Positions 48,755 to 58,907 of a DNA stretch of 64,000 nucleotides are shown piece by piece. Position numbers and translations under genes: made by a program. The stretch is from a bacterium (GTDB lineage Bacteria > Zhuqueibacterota > Zhuqueibacteria > Residuimicrobiales > Krinioviventaceae): contig CAXXMD010000002.1 of assembly GCA_963675755.2 (NCBI GenBank), positions 384,001 through 448,000 on the forward strand. The letters are read 5' to 3'. The notes below the pieces were generated by a model, which saw nothing but the letters and a program-made list of their open reading frames with translations, had not been told where the DNA came from and searched no databases. Numbering within the stretch: position 1 is the first letter of the stretch; each line of letters begins with the position of its first letter.

Positions 48755-51700
48755 ATGAAAAAGCTTGAAATTTTATTGGTTTTAATTTTATTCGCACTAT
48801 TTTCCGGATTGTATGCTGGAACTACCGGCAAGATATCCGGTGTTATTGTTGATGCGAATACCGGTGAAACATTACCCGGCACCAATGTTATAATTGATGG
48901 CTCTAGAATGGGTGCTGCTACTGATCTTCAGGGACATTATTCCATTTTAAATGTTCCACCCGGCACATATGTACTCAGAGCAAGTATGATCGGTTATAAT
49001 GAAACAAGGGTGACCAATGTTGTAGTTTCCATTGATCTTACCACAGAGATCAATTTTCAGTTAACCGAAACTGTTCTGGACGCCGGTGAAACGGTTACAA
49101 TCGTTGCTGAGCGTCCTCAGGTTGTAAAAGATTTGACTGCTACCACCGCAATTGTTGGATCTGAAGAAATGGAAACGCTTCCGGTAACCGAAGTTAGTGA
49201 AGCTATCGAGCTTCAGGCTGGCTTGATCAGAGACGCTGGTGGTGGTTTGCATGCCCGTGGCGGCCGTTCAGGTGAAGTGAGTTACTGGGTAGATGGTATA
49301 CCTGTTACTGACGTTTATGATGGTGGAACGGTTGTAGATATTAATAAAAATATGGTGCAAGAGCTTCAGGTTGTAACCGGTGCTTTTAATGCTGAATATG
49401 GTCAGGCTATGTCTGGTATTGTTAATATTGCTACAAAAGACGGCGATAATGACTTTGGTGGAAGCTTTTCAACCTATTTTGGCGATTATCTCAGTAATCA
49501 TACAGAACAGTTCTCCAATATAGATGAAATTAATCCCGCTGCTATTCGCAATGGTGAATTCAGTCTACATGGTGCCATTATTAAAGACAAATTGTACTAT
49601 TATGTTAATGGACGCGCTATCCATTTTGATGGCTGGCAGGCTGGGCAGAGACGATTCACTCCACAATCCGTCACTGGAACATTATATCTTGAAGAAGATT
49701 ATCTCAGGTCTAATGCACCCGAGTACCTTGAATTCGCCAAGAAATTGGATGACAATGAATATGGTATTGAATATGTTGTTGGTTCAAATGCTTCTATAGA
49801 TTCTATGATCATGCCTTATATATATGGAATGGACATTGTCAGTGACCCTGATTCTTTTGCTTATTATTATAATAATATGCGTAGTGTTCATGCCGGTGCC
49901 AAAGGTGATGGTGAATATGTTTCCATGAACTGGAATGAAAAACTTTACGGACAGGTAAAATTGATTTATAACCTGACCCCGTCTTTTAAAATCGCCTATA
50001 ATGCTATCTATGACGATGTAGATTACCAGGATTATGATCAGAATTATTATTTAAATCCTGATGGTAATTTAAAACGGTTTAGAACAGGTTTAACCAATAT
50101 TCTCAAAGTTACCCATGTACTGAATCAATCTACTTTTTATGATCTTGGATTTTCTCAATTCAATAAAGAGTACAAACATTATGTTTATGAAGACATGTAC
50201 GATTCCCGATACGTACATCCCGATATGGGTGAACAACAACCATATAGCTTTAAAACCGCTGGAAATGATTTGGCAAATTACAAACGCCAGACAACCACAC
50301 AACTGGCAAAATTTGATATTACCAGTCAGGTTACAAGCCGCCAGCAGTTAAAGGCTGGTGTTGAATATCGTCAGCATAAAGTCTTTATGCAGGATATTTC
50401 ACTACGTCCGGTTGATGAAGATTTTAGTATTGATGTAGTTACCGATGGACCTTATATCCGAACCCGTGTTACTCCGGTAAGTGATATTTACAACAGTACC
50501 TATGAGCACAAACCCGTCGAATTTTCTGCTTATTTACAAGACAAGCTTGAATTCAAAAGCATGATTGTGAATGTTGGTGTTCGTATGGATTATTTTGATC
50601 CTGATGGTATTGTTTTAACAGATGAAACTGATCCCACTATTTACAATCCAATCCGTCCTGAAAACCGCTATCATGACTGGGGTACCGATGGTATTGAAGG
50701 TACATATGATGCTGATGGTTCTGAAGGAAATGGAATCCAGGATGAAGGTGAACCTGATGTATCTCTTGAAGAACGTCAAAGTTATTGGTATAAAGATGCC
50801 ACCACCAAGATGAATGTCAGTCCTCGACTTGGTGTTTCTTTTCCGGTTACTGAACGTGGTGTATTCCATTTCTCCTATGGTCACTTTTTCCAGGTTCCTC
50901 GTTTTGAACGGTTATATCAAAATCCGGATTTTGAACTCGAGCAAGGTACCGGTAACATTGGTGTGATTGGTAATTCTGATCTGGAACCTGAACAAACCGT
51001 AAGTGGTGAAGTTGGTTTACAGCAGCAAATAACAGATGATGTTACCTTTGAAATCAATGCTTATTTTAGAGATGTAAGAAATCTTGCCGGTACACGTGCA
51101 GAAGAGATTGAACTTTATGGTGGTTCATCTACGTATTCAAAATTTGTAAACAGTGACTTTGGTTTAACAAAGGGTTTAACCCTTGCTGTTTCCAAACGTT
51201 TTAGTGGTGGATTGTCAGCTTCATTTGATTATACCTTACAACAAGCCAAAGGAACCAGTTCTGATCCCGAGCAGGCTAGAAATGCCATTGATGGCGGTGC
51301 ACAGCCTGAAGTACAAATGACAGCGTTAGATTGGGATCAATTCCATACCGTCAATTTTTCATTAAACTATCGCGGTTCAAACTGGGGTGGAAGTGCAATT
51401 GGTCAATGGGGTAGTGGACTTCCATATACACCAAGAAGCTCTGTTGATATTTCAGAACTGTTGACCAACAGTCAACGCAAACCATCATATTCCAATTTTG
51501 ATGTTCGTGGATATTATGATTTTCGTTTTGGTACAACGACTTTGACCTTGTTTGCCAGAGTGTTAAATCTGTTTGATACTTTGAACGAGGTAAATGTTTA
51601 TGATACTACCGGTCGTGCCGGATTTACCCTTGATCAGCGAATTGCTGAAGCAACAAATCCCGATGAAATTATTAACTCTCTGGACCAATGGTATACAAAC

Positions 51701-51757
51701 CCGACCCATTATTCAGAGCCTCGTCGTATAGAGTTGGGTGTAACATATACATTTTGA
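48755..51757 (+). CDS. TonB-dependent receptor (paralog of 2039-4969)
   Basis: GTTGKISG, HARGGRSGEV, GAFNAEYGQAMSG, SPRLGVSFP, GNSDLEPEQT, PRRIELGVTYTF. Confidence 0.92.
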   Translation: MKKLEILLVLILFALFSGLYAGTTGKISGVIVDANTGETLPGTNVIIDGSRMGAATDLQGHYSILNVPPGTYVLRASMIGYNETRVTNVVVSIDLTTEINFQLTETVLDAGETVTIVAERPQVVKDLTATTAIVGSEEMETLPVTEVSEAIELQAGLIRDAGGGLHARGGRSGEVSYWVDGIPVTDVYDGGTVVDINKNMVQELQVVTGAFNAEYGQAMSGIVNIATKDGDNDFGGSFSTYFGDYLSNHTEQFSNIDEINPAAIRNGEFSLHGAIIKDKLYYYVNGRAIHFDGWQAGQRRFTPQSVTGTLYLEEDYLRSNAPEYLEFAKKLDDNEYGIEYVVGSNASIDSMIMPYIYGMDIVSDPDSFAYYYNNMRSVHAGAKGDGEYVSMNWNEKLYGQVKLIYNLTPSFKIAYNAIYDDVDYQDYDQNYYLNPDGNLKRFRTGLTNILKVTHVLNQSTFYDLGFSQFNKEYKHYVYEDMYDSRYVHPDMGEQQPYSFKTAGNDLANYKRQTTTQLAKFDITSQVTSRQQLKAGVEYRQHKVFMQDISLRPVDEDFSIDVVTDGPYIRTRVTPVSDIYNSTYEHKPVEFSAYLQDKLEFKSMIVNVGVRMDYFDPDGIVLTDETDPTIYNPIRPENRYHDWGTDGIEGTYDADGSEGNGIQDEGEPDVSLEERQSYWYKDATTKMNVSPRLGVSFPVTERGVFHFSYGHFFQVPRFERLYQNPDFELEQGTGNIGVIGNSDLEPEQTVSGEVGLQQQITDDVTFEINAYFRDVRNLAGTRAEEIELYGGSSTYSKFVNSDFGLTKGLTLAVSKRFSGGLSASFDYTLQQAKGTSSDPEQARNAIDGGAQPEVQMTALDWDQFHTVNFSLNYRGSNWGGSAIGQWGSGLPYTPRSSVDISELLTNSQRKPSYSNFDVRGYYDFRFGTTTLTLFARVLNLFDTLNEVNVYDTTGRAGFTLDQRIAEATNPDEIINSLDQWYTNPTHYSEPRRIELGVTYTF

Positions 51758-51789
51758 TAGTTCTATAGCCTTGAATTCAGGAGCTTAAA

Positions 51790-54700
51790 ATGAAAAAACT
51801 AATTTACTATACTTTTATTCTAGTCTCAATTGTCCCTTTTTTGATTTATGCCCAAAGTGGACGAGAATACCGGCGTTCTTCCATTATGCGCGGTAACCTG
51901 GTGAAAACCGTTTTCGGTAACTGGGGCGTAATTGGGCAGCCTGCTCAAAAAGGTGCGCGTGGTGCATGGATTTATGAGAACAATGGTTACATTGGTGATG
52001 TAAGTTTGATGGTAGGTGCTGAAGTGAAATCGGATGATAAAACTTTTCATTCGGTTGTAATCAGTCCTGTTGACCGTCCTACAACCCGGCAGGAATTATC
52101 ACCAACAGGTAGTTGGTGGTCATGGGAACCCGTTGGTGGTTATTTTAATGAAAATCAGGAAGGTATTGCCTTGTACAGCGATCCTGATTCCTGGCCATCT
52201 CTCTGGCCAGACAAAATGTCTGATCTCAATGATCCGGGTTGGTCTGGTTCCTGGGATGGATTTTTTGGCAAGGAAACTACTGCATCAGAAGAATCTTTCT
52301 TTGTAATGGATGATAACAATGATGCCGAGTTTAATCAAGCTTCTAATAATATCTGGAATGTAGATTTTAAACCAGATTCCACAAATCCTTCCCGAAATGG
52401 ATTGGGCCTTGAGGTTAAGGTTCGTGGTATGCAATGGTCAGATTTTCTTGCCCAGGATTGTATCTTTTGGTTGTACGAGATTACCAACAACAGTACCACA
52501 GATTATGACAAAGTTGTATTCGGTATGCTTGTAGGAACTTATGTGGGTGTAACCTCTACAGAAGATTACAGTGAATATGATGATGACTATTCATTTTTTG
52601 ATGTTGAAAAAGATTTAACCTATACCGGTGATTTTGATGATAATGCCCGTCGTAATCCTCGCTGGACAGGCGATGTTGGTGCGGTAGGTTATGCGTTTCT
52701 GGAAAGCCCTGGTAATCCTTTTGATGGCATTGATAATGATGGTGATGCCCAGGAATACCCGGATGTCCCAACCTCAGCAGCACTTTTTACTCCTGAAGAT
52801 TTTCAGGAAAAAATTATCCGCGCGGGCGATGAAATTGTTTTAATTGATAATAATTATAACCGTACGGTTGTAACTGTTCCAGCTGAAGAAACGGTTTTTA
52901 AAACCCGTGGTGCGGAAATAACAATTACTCCCGGTATTACACGGCTTTCAGAAGGTAACCTGGTTCTCAAAGATGGCCGTACCGAAGTCAATACCAATGC
53001 TTATGATGGTATAGATAATGACCTTGATGGTTTGATCGATGAAAACTATTATCTGCATTATCGCCAGATTCGTAAAGACCAGAATGATAATATTATTTTT
53101 GATAAACTAAATCCAGTAGCTTATGTTAATTATTTCACTGGTGCAGGCATTGATGATGCTTTGATTGATGAACGTCGTGATGATGGAATTGACAATGACG
53201 GTGACTGGAACCCATTGTTCGATGATGTAGGTGCCGATGGTGTTACAGGTACCAATGATTATGGCGAAGGAGATGGCGTTCCCACTTCCGGTGAGCCAAA
53301 TTTTGATAAAACAGATGTTGATGAATCTGACCAAATTGGTTTGACAAGTTTTGAATACTTTACACCAGCTCGCGAATTTTCTATGGCAGATGATGAAGAT
53401 TTGTGGGACCGATTGTCACCCGGTTTTTTCAAAGTTCCCGAATCTATTGAAAACAACAAACCGGTTAATGGTGAAGATGGTGACTTTATTTACGGTTCCG
53501 GATATTTCCCGTTACCGGCTGGTGCAACCCGTCGTATTTCACTCGCTTTGGTTTATGGTGAAGGCGGTGGTCCTGATGTAGAAATTACCGATTTGTTGAA
53601 AAATCGTGAAACTGTGCAGGAAATTTATGATAATGATTATCGTTTTCCACCTGCACCCAATAAACCCAAGCTGACTGCAATCCCTGGTGATGGTAAAGTG
53701 ACTTTGCATTGGGACAGACTTGCAGAACAATCATTTGATCCTGTATTACAGACCTATGATTTTGAAGGTTATAAAATTTATCGTGCAACCGATTACGAGT
53801 TTAATGAAGTGTTTAGTATTACCGATGCTGACGGAACTCCAATCGCTTATGAACCCATTGCACAGTTTGATCTGGATAATGAATACGAAGGTTATTTTAG
53901 AGCGGGTCCGGATCTGTTTCAACAGGGTAGAGGTGCTTCATTTTTCCTAGGTGACAACACAGGATTACAACATACCTTTGTTGATTCTAGTGTTGAAAAT
54001 GGTCGCCGTTATTTTTACGCTTTGGTTGCCTATGACCGTGGAGATGAAGATGTTGATATCTATCCCAAAGAAAATGATAAACGTATTGATATTTTACCCA
54101 ATGGAGAGATTCGTACATTTCAAAATACTGCCGTTGTAACACCGAACGCTGCAGTTTCCGGATACGTTCCTCCCGAAAATAGTGTACAATTGCAGGCAAC
54201 ACAATCTCCGGTTGGATCAGGACAAATTTATTACAAGGTTATAGATGAACAAAAAGTAACCGGGCATGAATACAAATTGGAATTTCTCGATTATTCCAAT
54301 GATGGTATAGATAATAATGATAACTGGACTTCTCCCCAGGATGATGTAGGTACTGACGGTATTGCTGAGACCAATGACGCTGATGGTACTGAATTGAATG
54401 GAATTCCAGATCCGGGTGAACCCAATATTGATGAAAATGATGTTGAAGAATTTATCCGTCCTATAACAACCAGTTATTCGGTACGTGATTTAACAGGTAT
54501 TACTGAAACATTTTTCTCCAAAGATACTCTGTATGTTTCATTATCAAAAACACACCAGATACCTGAAACCATCACAGTCACAGATGAAAATGGTAATGTT
54601 ATACCTTCTGATAAGTATATTATGAATACCGAGTTTGGTAAAATCAGAGGTGCTAATTCCGGTGATTTGGCTTATGGCACTGGTTACAATATCAGTTACG

Positions 54701-55629
54701 AGTATTATCCTGTATATAACAGTCCATATATTCAGGGCAACCCAGTTGAAGATGAAACCAAAGATACCGATAACTTTGACGGTATTCAAATTTATTTCAA
54801 TAATAAATGGAGTATAACTCTGGATTCAACGTTGTCTGGTTGGAGCAACCCTGCAAAAGCACAGAGTTTTTCAATTTCTCCATTTACCACTCAAATTAGT
54901 CCTACTGAAACAATCACAGGCTTAAGAAGCCCCAATGATTATAGAATTGAATTTGGTGATGGTGTTTTAGATAGCACAATCAAATGGGAAGAATACTTTT
55001 TGTCACCTTCGCCTGTTAATTTTAAAGTTAAAAATGTGACAAAGAATAAATATCTCGATTTTGTTTTTATTGATACCGATCGAAGCAAAACTATAACTCC
55101 TCTTGATGAAGTTATTTTTGTAGAAACAGATAATGACGGTGAATATGTTTTTACCTGGGATGTGACATTTAATTCTGATGCAGATACACTTTATGAATAT
55201 GGTGATGGTGATGTACTCGATATCATTCTCAAGAAACCATTTCGAAAAGGAGATACATTCGAATTTTCTACAGATAAACCGGATATAAGCACCAGTGCCG
55301 GTGAAGATCTGCTCAAGGATATCAAGGTATATCCAAATCCCTATGTTGCAGCATCAACACATGAACGTCCATTACCGCCCGCAATAACAACTGGTCGTGG
55401 TGTGCGGGAAGTAACGTTTACCCATTTACCACTTGATGCCAAGATCCACATATTTACTTCGCGTGGTGAGCACGTAATAACAAAAGAACATGAAGGTTCA
55501 ATGTTCGATGGTACCATAAACTGGGACCTGAAAACTAAAGAGAATCTGGATGTTGCTGCAGGTGTATATTTTTACATTGTTGAATCATCTGTAGGTAAAA
55601 AAGAAGGTAAACTGGCTATTATCAAATAA
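51790..55629 (+). CDS. Large secreted acidic protein with Asp/Gly-rich loops, FN3-like domain and atypical CTD (paralog of 6097-9735)
   Basis: GYAFLESPG.PFDGIDNDGD, DDGIDNDGDW, GEPNFDKTDVDESDQ, PPAP..GDGKVTLHWD, VENGRRYFY, VYPNPYV...VAAGVYFYIVES..GKLAIIK. Confidence 0.8.
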   Translation: MKKLIYYTFILVSIVPFLIYAQSGREYRRSSIMRGNLVKTVFGNWGVIGQPAQKGARGAWIYENNGYIGDVSLMVGAEVKSDDKTFHSVVISPVDRPTTRQELSPTGSWWSWEPVGGYFNENQEGIALYSDPDSWPSLWPDKMSDLNDPGWSGSWDGFFGKETTASEESFFVMDDNNDAEFNQASNNIWNVDFKPDSTNPSRNGLGLEVKVRGMQWSDFLAQDCIFWLYEITNNSTTDYDKVVFGMLVGTYVGVTSTEDYSEYDDDYSFFDVEKDLTYTGDFDDNARRNPRWTGDVGAVGYAFLESPGNPFDGIDNDGDAQEYPDVPTSAALFTPEDFQEKIIRAGDEIVLIDNNYNRTVVTVPAEETVFKTRGAEITITPGITRLSEGNLVLKDGRTEVNTNAYDGIDNDLDGLIDENYYLHYRQIRKDQNDNIIFDKLNPVAYVNYFTGAGIDDALIDERRDDGIDNDGDWNPLFDDVGADGVTGTNDYGEGDGVPTSGEPNFDKTDVDESDQIGLTSFEYFTPAREFSMADDEDLWDRLSPGFFKVPESIENNKPVNGEDGDFIYGSGYFPLPAGATRRISLALVYGEGGGPDVEITDLLKNRETVQEIYDNDYRFPPAPNKPKLTAIPGDGKVTLHWDRLAEQSFDPVLQTYDFEGYKIYRATDYEFNEVFSITDADGTPIAYEPIAQFDLDNEYEGYFRAGPDLFQQGRGASFFLGDNTGLQHTFVDSSVENGRRYFYALVAYDRGDEDVDIYPKENDKRIDILPNGEIRTFQNTAVVTPNAAVSGYVPPENSVQLQATQSPVGSGQIYYKVIDEQKVTGHEYKLEFLDYSNDGIDNNDNWTSPQDDVGTDGIAETNDADGTELNGIPDPGEPNIDENDVEEFIRPITTSYSVRDLTGITETFFSKDTLYVSLSKTHQIPETITVTDENGNVIPSDKYIMNTEFGKIRGANSGDLAYGTGYNISYEYYPVYNSPYIQGNPVEDETKDTDNFDGIQIYFNNKWSITLDSTLSGWSNPAKAQSFSISPFTTQISPTETITGLRSPNDYRIEFGDGVLDSTIKWEEYFLSPSPVNFKVKNVTKNKYLDFVFIDTDRSKTITPLDEVIFVETDNDGEYVFTWDVTFNSDADTLYEYGDGDVLDIILKKPFRKGDTFEFSTDKPDISTSAGEDLLKDIKVYPNPYVAASTHERPLPPAITTGRGVREVTFTHLPLDAKIHIFTSRGEHVITKEHEGSMFDGTINWDLKTKENLDVAAGVYFYIVESSVGKKEGKLAIIK

Positions 55630-55655
55630 TTTGATTATAACTATCGGAGTCATCG

Positions 55656-56681
55656 ATGCTTAATAAAGAGTATTTTAAAATAATATGGGTTGCGATTTTA
55701 TTACTTACTTTGGCAGGTGCCAGCAGCGCACAAGACAAAGTAGGTACAACCTCGGCACCGTTTTTAGGTATCAGTATTGCTCCCCGGGCAACAGCTATGG
55801 GAGGAGCGTTTACAGCAGTTGCAGATGACGCAACAGCACTTTATTATAATCCTGGTGCAATTTCTCAAATGTCTTCATCACAGGCACTTGTTTCTCACAC
55901 GGAATGGTTGGTAGGATCAAGTTTGAACTGGGTTGGTGTTGTATTAAATCTTGATGGAGCAAATGCAATTGGTGTGAGTTTTACAAACCTTGATTATGGT
56001 GAAGAAGAAGTGACAACAGAATCACAACAGGAAGGTACCGGTGAAATGTGGTCAGCTTCCGATATCTCAATAGGTTTATCATATTCGCGAAGCTTTACTG
56101 ATCGTTTTTCTATTGGTGGTAGTGTCAAATATATTGAACAAAAAATTTGGCATGAAAAATCAACTGCTTTTGCTGCTGATGTGGGCTTGATTTTCATTAC
56201 TGCTTTTAATGACATGAAGCTTGGAATGAGTATTTCCAATTTTGGTAATGAAATGCGAATGGAAGGTGAAGACCTGTTACGCAAGATTGATATTGATGAT
56301 GAAATAATCGGAAACAATGAAACTATTGTAGGAAATCTCAAAACAGATAAATGGCCACTTCCATTATTCTTTCGTGTTGGATTATCAATGTATGTTTTAG
56401 AAACAACATTTTCGAAAATGCTGGTTGCAATTGATGCCGTTCGCCCCACAGATAATAGCGAAATTATTAATGTTGGTGGTGAATTTTCAGTATATGATAT
56501 CTTGTTTTTACGTGCAGGTTACAAATCTTTATTCAGAGATGAAAGTGAAGAAGGCCTTACATTTGGAATGGGTTTAAATATAACCCAGGTTGGAGGGATA
56601 GCCTGGAAATTTGATTATACTTATGCTGATTTTGGAATTTTAGACTATATCCAAATGTATTCGCTGAGTGTCAGCTTTTAG
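55656..56681 (+). CDS. PorV/PorQ-like outer-membrane beta-barrel (paralog of 4990-6057)
   Basis: KVGTTSAPFLGISIAPRATAMGGAFTAVADDATALYYNPG; PLPLFFRVG; LRAGY; FDYTY; terminal F. Confidence 0.87.
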   Translation: MLNKEYFKIIWVAILLLTLAGASSAQDKVGTTSAPFLGISIAPRATAMGGAFTAVADDATALYYNPGAISQMSSSQALVSHTEWLVGSSLNWVGVVLNLDGANAIGVSFTNLDYGEEEVTTESQQEGTGEMWSASDISIGLSYSRSFTDRFSIGGSVKYIEQKIWHEKSTAFAADVGLIFITAFNDMKLGMSISNFGNEMRMEGEDLLRKIDIDDEIIGNNETIVGNLKTDKWPLPLFFRVGLSMYVLETTFSKMLVAIDAVRPTDNSEIINVGGEFSVYDILFLRAGYKSLFRDESEEGLTFGMGLNITQVGGIAWKFDYTYADFGILDYIQMYSLSVSF

Positions 56682-56722
56682 GAAGGTATTTATAATTTCA
56701 AATAATTTAAATTTAATTAAAA

Positions 56723-56732
56723 AAAGGAGGTG
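56723..56732 (+). promoter_or_regulatory. Orphan perfect Shine-Dalgarno sequence (STAB-SD-like)
   Basis: AAAGGAGGTG with no usable start codon; ~60 nt upstream of the 56791 start, which has its own RBS (GGAGG). Confidence 0.4.
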
Positions 56733-56790
56733 GTTTAAAAATAATTTGTTTATTAAGGGTAAAATAAAAATAATTTAACGGAGGAATGAA

Positions 56791-58848
56791 ATGAAATTAA
56801 AGTCATTATTAGTATTTGTACTAGCTTTTATGCTTTTTACCAGTGCAGCTCAGGCTGTTCAGGTAACTTTTCTTGCCAATACCGCTGCAGTTCCAGATAC
56901 AATGCAGGAAACATCAACAGTTCAAATGCGTGGTGATACAGCACCTTTGACCTGGGATGGTGCATCCGATGCAATTTTTGAAAACATTGGTGGTGATTAC
57001 TGGCAAGTTACTCTCGATTTTGTAGCGGGAGACACAGTAAATTATAAATTCTACACCCATGCAAATGATACCGTTTATGCTGGTGTTGAATGGGAACATG
57101 CTGGTTGGGAAGCTGATGTTGCAACCGGTAACCGTCAATTGATTGTTGGAGATGCTGATACTACATTACCTCTTCAATTCGTAAATGGATGGCAAGGTGG
57201 CGTTGGTCAATATGAAGCTCCTTATACAACCAACGATTCTTCTTTTGTATTTTATGTACGCGTAAACATGCAGGGATGGGATGATTTTAATCCTGCTACT
57301 CATGTTGTTGGTCTTCGTGGTTCTAATACCGATGACTGGGGACAAACCGGTGAATTGTCCTGGGGACCCACTTATCCGTTGACTCAAGAAGGCAATCATC
57401 CTAATGGTGGCAGCCAACAGTATAATGGTACCAATTTTTACAGTGGTGCAGTTCATGTACCTAACAAATATGCCGGCAAAGGTGTACAGTTCAAAGTTGT
57501 AGTTCATAATGCAGGCGCTGACCTTGGTGAAGACTGGGGTAACATGGTTTACAATCCTGGCCTCGAAATGAACATTCCTGTTACAGGTGCAGATACCACC
57601 ATTCATTGGTTCTGGTATGACAATTTACGTCCGGTTGCTGTAGATCATCAGGATACTGTAATTGTGACTTTTAACGCTGATATGTCAGATGCTATCCTGA
57701 ACAAAGGTTTTTCACATGGTGATACCGTTCAGGTTCGTTCCGGTTATTATGGTACATCTGCTGAAACCCGTACAAAACAAATGTTCCGTCAGGGCTTTAG
57801 CAATGTTTACAGTGCCACAGATACAATTGTTACCACACTGGGTGAACGCTTGACATATCAATACTATACAATTATTGATGGTGTTGAATATCGTGAAGTT
57901 TATTACAATTTCTATTACGATGGTGACAATTTAGGTGAAGCTGAACGACGTGTTTATGAAGCTCTTGAAGCTAATGAAGTAACTATTACCGATGATCTTG
58001 CAAGTGCGAGTGAAGTACATCGTATGCCATTGTTCCGTAATGTTAGCGTTGTTCAACAAGAAGTTTTGTTGACACTGACTTGTGATATTCGTCCGGCTAT
58101 TTACCAGGTTCTGGCAGGCGATACACTTTTTGATATCCAGTCTACCCGCGAAGTATCTGTAGCAGACAGCATTCTTGCCTGGGGTGTTGCTGTTAACGGT
58201 CCATTAAGTGGTGGCTGGGGTACCTGGGGAATTAACCTCCAGGAAGAAGAAGGTAGAAATGAAGCTGTAAGAAGAATGTTTGATGATGGTACCAATGGTG
58301 ATGCCGTTGCCGGCGACAGTATTTTTACCATTCAATACACATTCTATCCTGACAGTGGTGATGTTGTTGGTCAGGAATTCAAATTCGGTATTGGCGGTGG
58401 AGACAATGAAGGTGGCTTTGGTAACAACCACATTGAAAACATTGATGATACTAATCCTGCTGCTACAATCAATGCTCAATTTGGTAGCATTGACCCCTTG
58501 TTCTACTCTGCATGGGATTTTGATAATCAAGGTCCGGCAACCGCAATTGAAGATTTGAATGTAACTCCATTAACTTTTGAATTGGCTCAAAACTATCCGA
58601 ACCCATTCAATCCCACTACTCATATTCAGTATCAATTGCCAAAAGCAAGTGATGTAAAACTGACTGTATTTAACGTTTTGGGTAAAGAGATTGTTACACT
58701 TGTTAACCAAAAACAAAATGCAGGTACCTATCAGTTGACATGGGATGGAACAAACAATGCCGGTTTGCAAGTAAGTACTGGTGTTTATTTCTACAAAATT
58801 GAAGCTGGTGATTTTACAAAAATTAACAAAATGATGTTTATCAAATAA
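56791..58848 (+). CDS. Secreted non-catalytic protein with tandem starch-binding-like (CBM20/SusE-F-like) domains and canonical CTD
   Basis: Repeated V.VTF...V.(M/L)RG...W...(Y/F)K(F/V) units; MFDDGTNGDAVAGDSIFT; YPNPFNPTT...KINKMMFIK. Confidence 0.7.
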   Translation: MKLKSLLVFVLAFMLFTSAAQAVQVTFLANTAAVPDTMQETSTVQMRGDTAPLTWDGASDAIFENIGGDYWQVTLDFVAGDTVNYKFYTHANDTVYAGVEWEHAGWEADVATGNRQLIVGDADTTLPLQFVNGWQGGVGQYEAPYTTNDSSFVFYVRVNMQGWDDFNPATHVVGLRGSNTDDWGQTGELSWGPTYPLTQEGNHPNGGSQQYNGTNFYSGAVHVPNKYAGKGVQFKVVVHNAGADLGEDWGNMVYNPGLEMNIPVTGADTTIHWFWYDNLRPVAVDHQDTVIVTFNADMSDAILNKGFSHGDTVQVRSGYYGTSAETRTKQMFRQGFSNVYSATDTIVTTLGERLTYQYYTIIDGVEYREVYYNFYYDGDNLGEAERRVYEALEANEVTITDDLASASEVHRMPLFRNVSVVQQEVLLTLTCDIRPAIYQVLAGDTLFDIQSTREVSVADSILAWGVAVNGPLSGGWGTWGINLQEEEGRNEAVRRMFDDGTNGDAVAGDSIFTIQYTFYPDSGDVVGQEFKFGIGGGDNEGGFGNNHIENIDDTNPAATINAQFGSIDPLFYSAWDFDNQGPATAIEDLNVTPLTFELAQNYPNPFNPTTHIQYQLPKASDVKLTVFNVLGKEIVTLVNQKQNAGTYQLTWDGTNNAGLQVSTGVYFYKIEAGDFTKINKMMFIK

Positions 58849-58855
58849 TTATTTT

Positions 58856-58887
58856 AGGGACCGGTGTAATAACCGGTCCCTTTTTTT
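58856..58887 (+). terminator. Intrinsic terminator
   Basis: AGGGACCGGT-GTAATA-ACCGGTCCCT followed by a T-run. Confidence 0.88.
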
Positions 58888-58907
58888 ATATAATGGATTT
58901 ATTTAAT

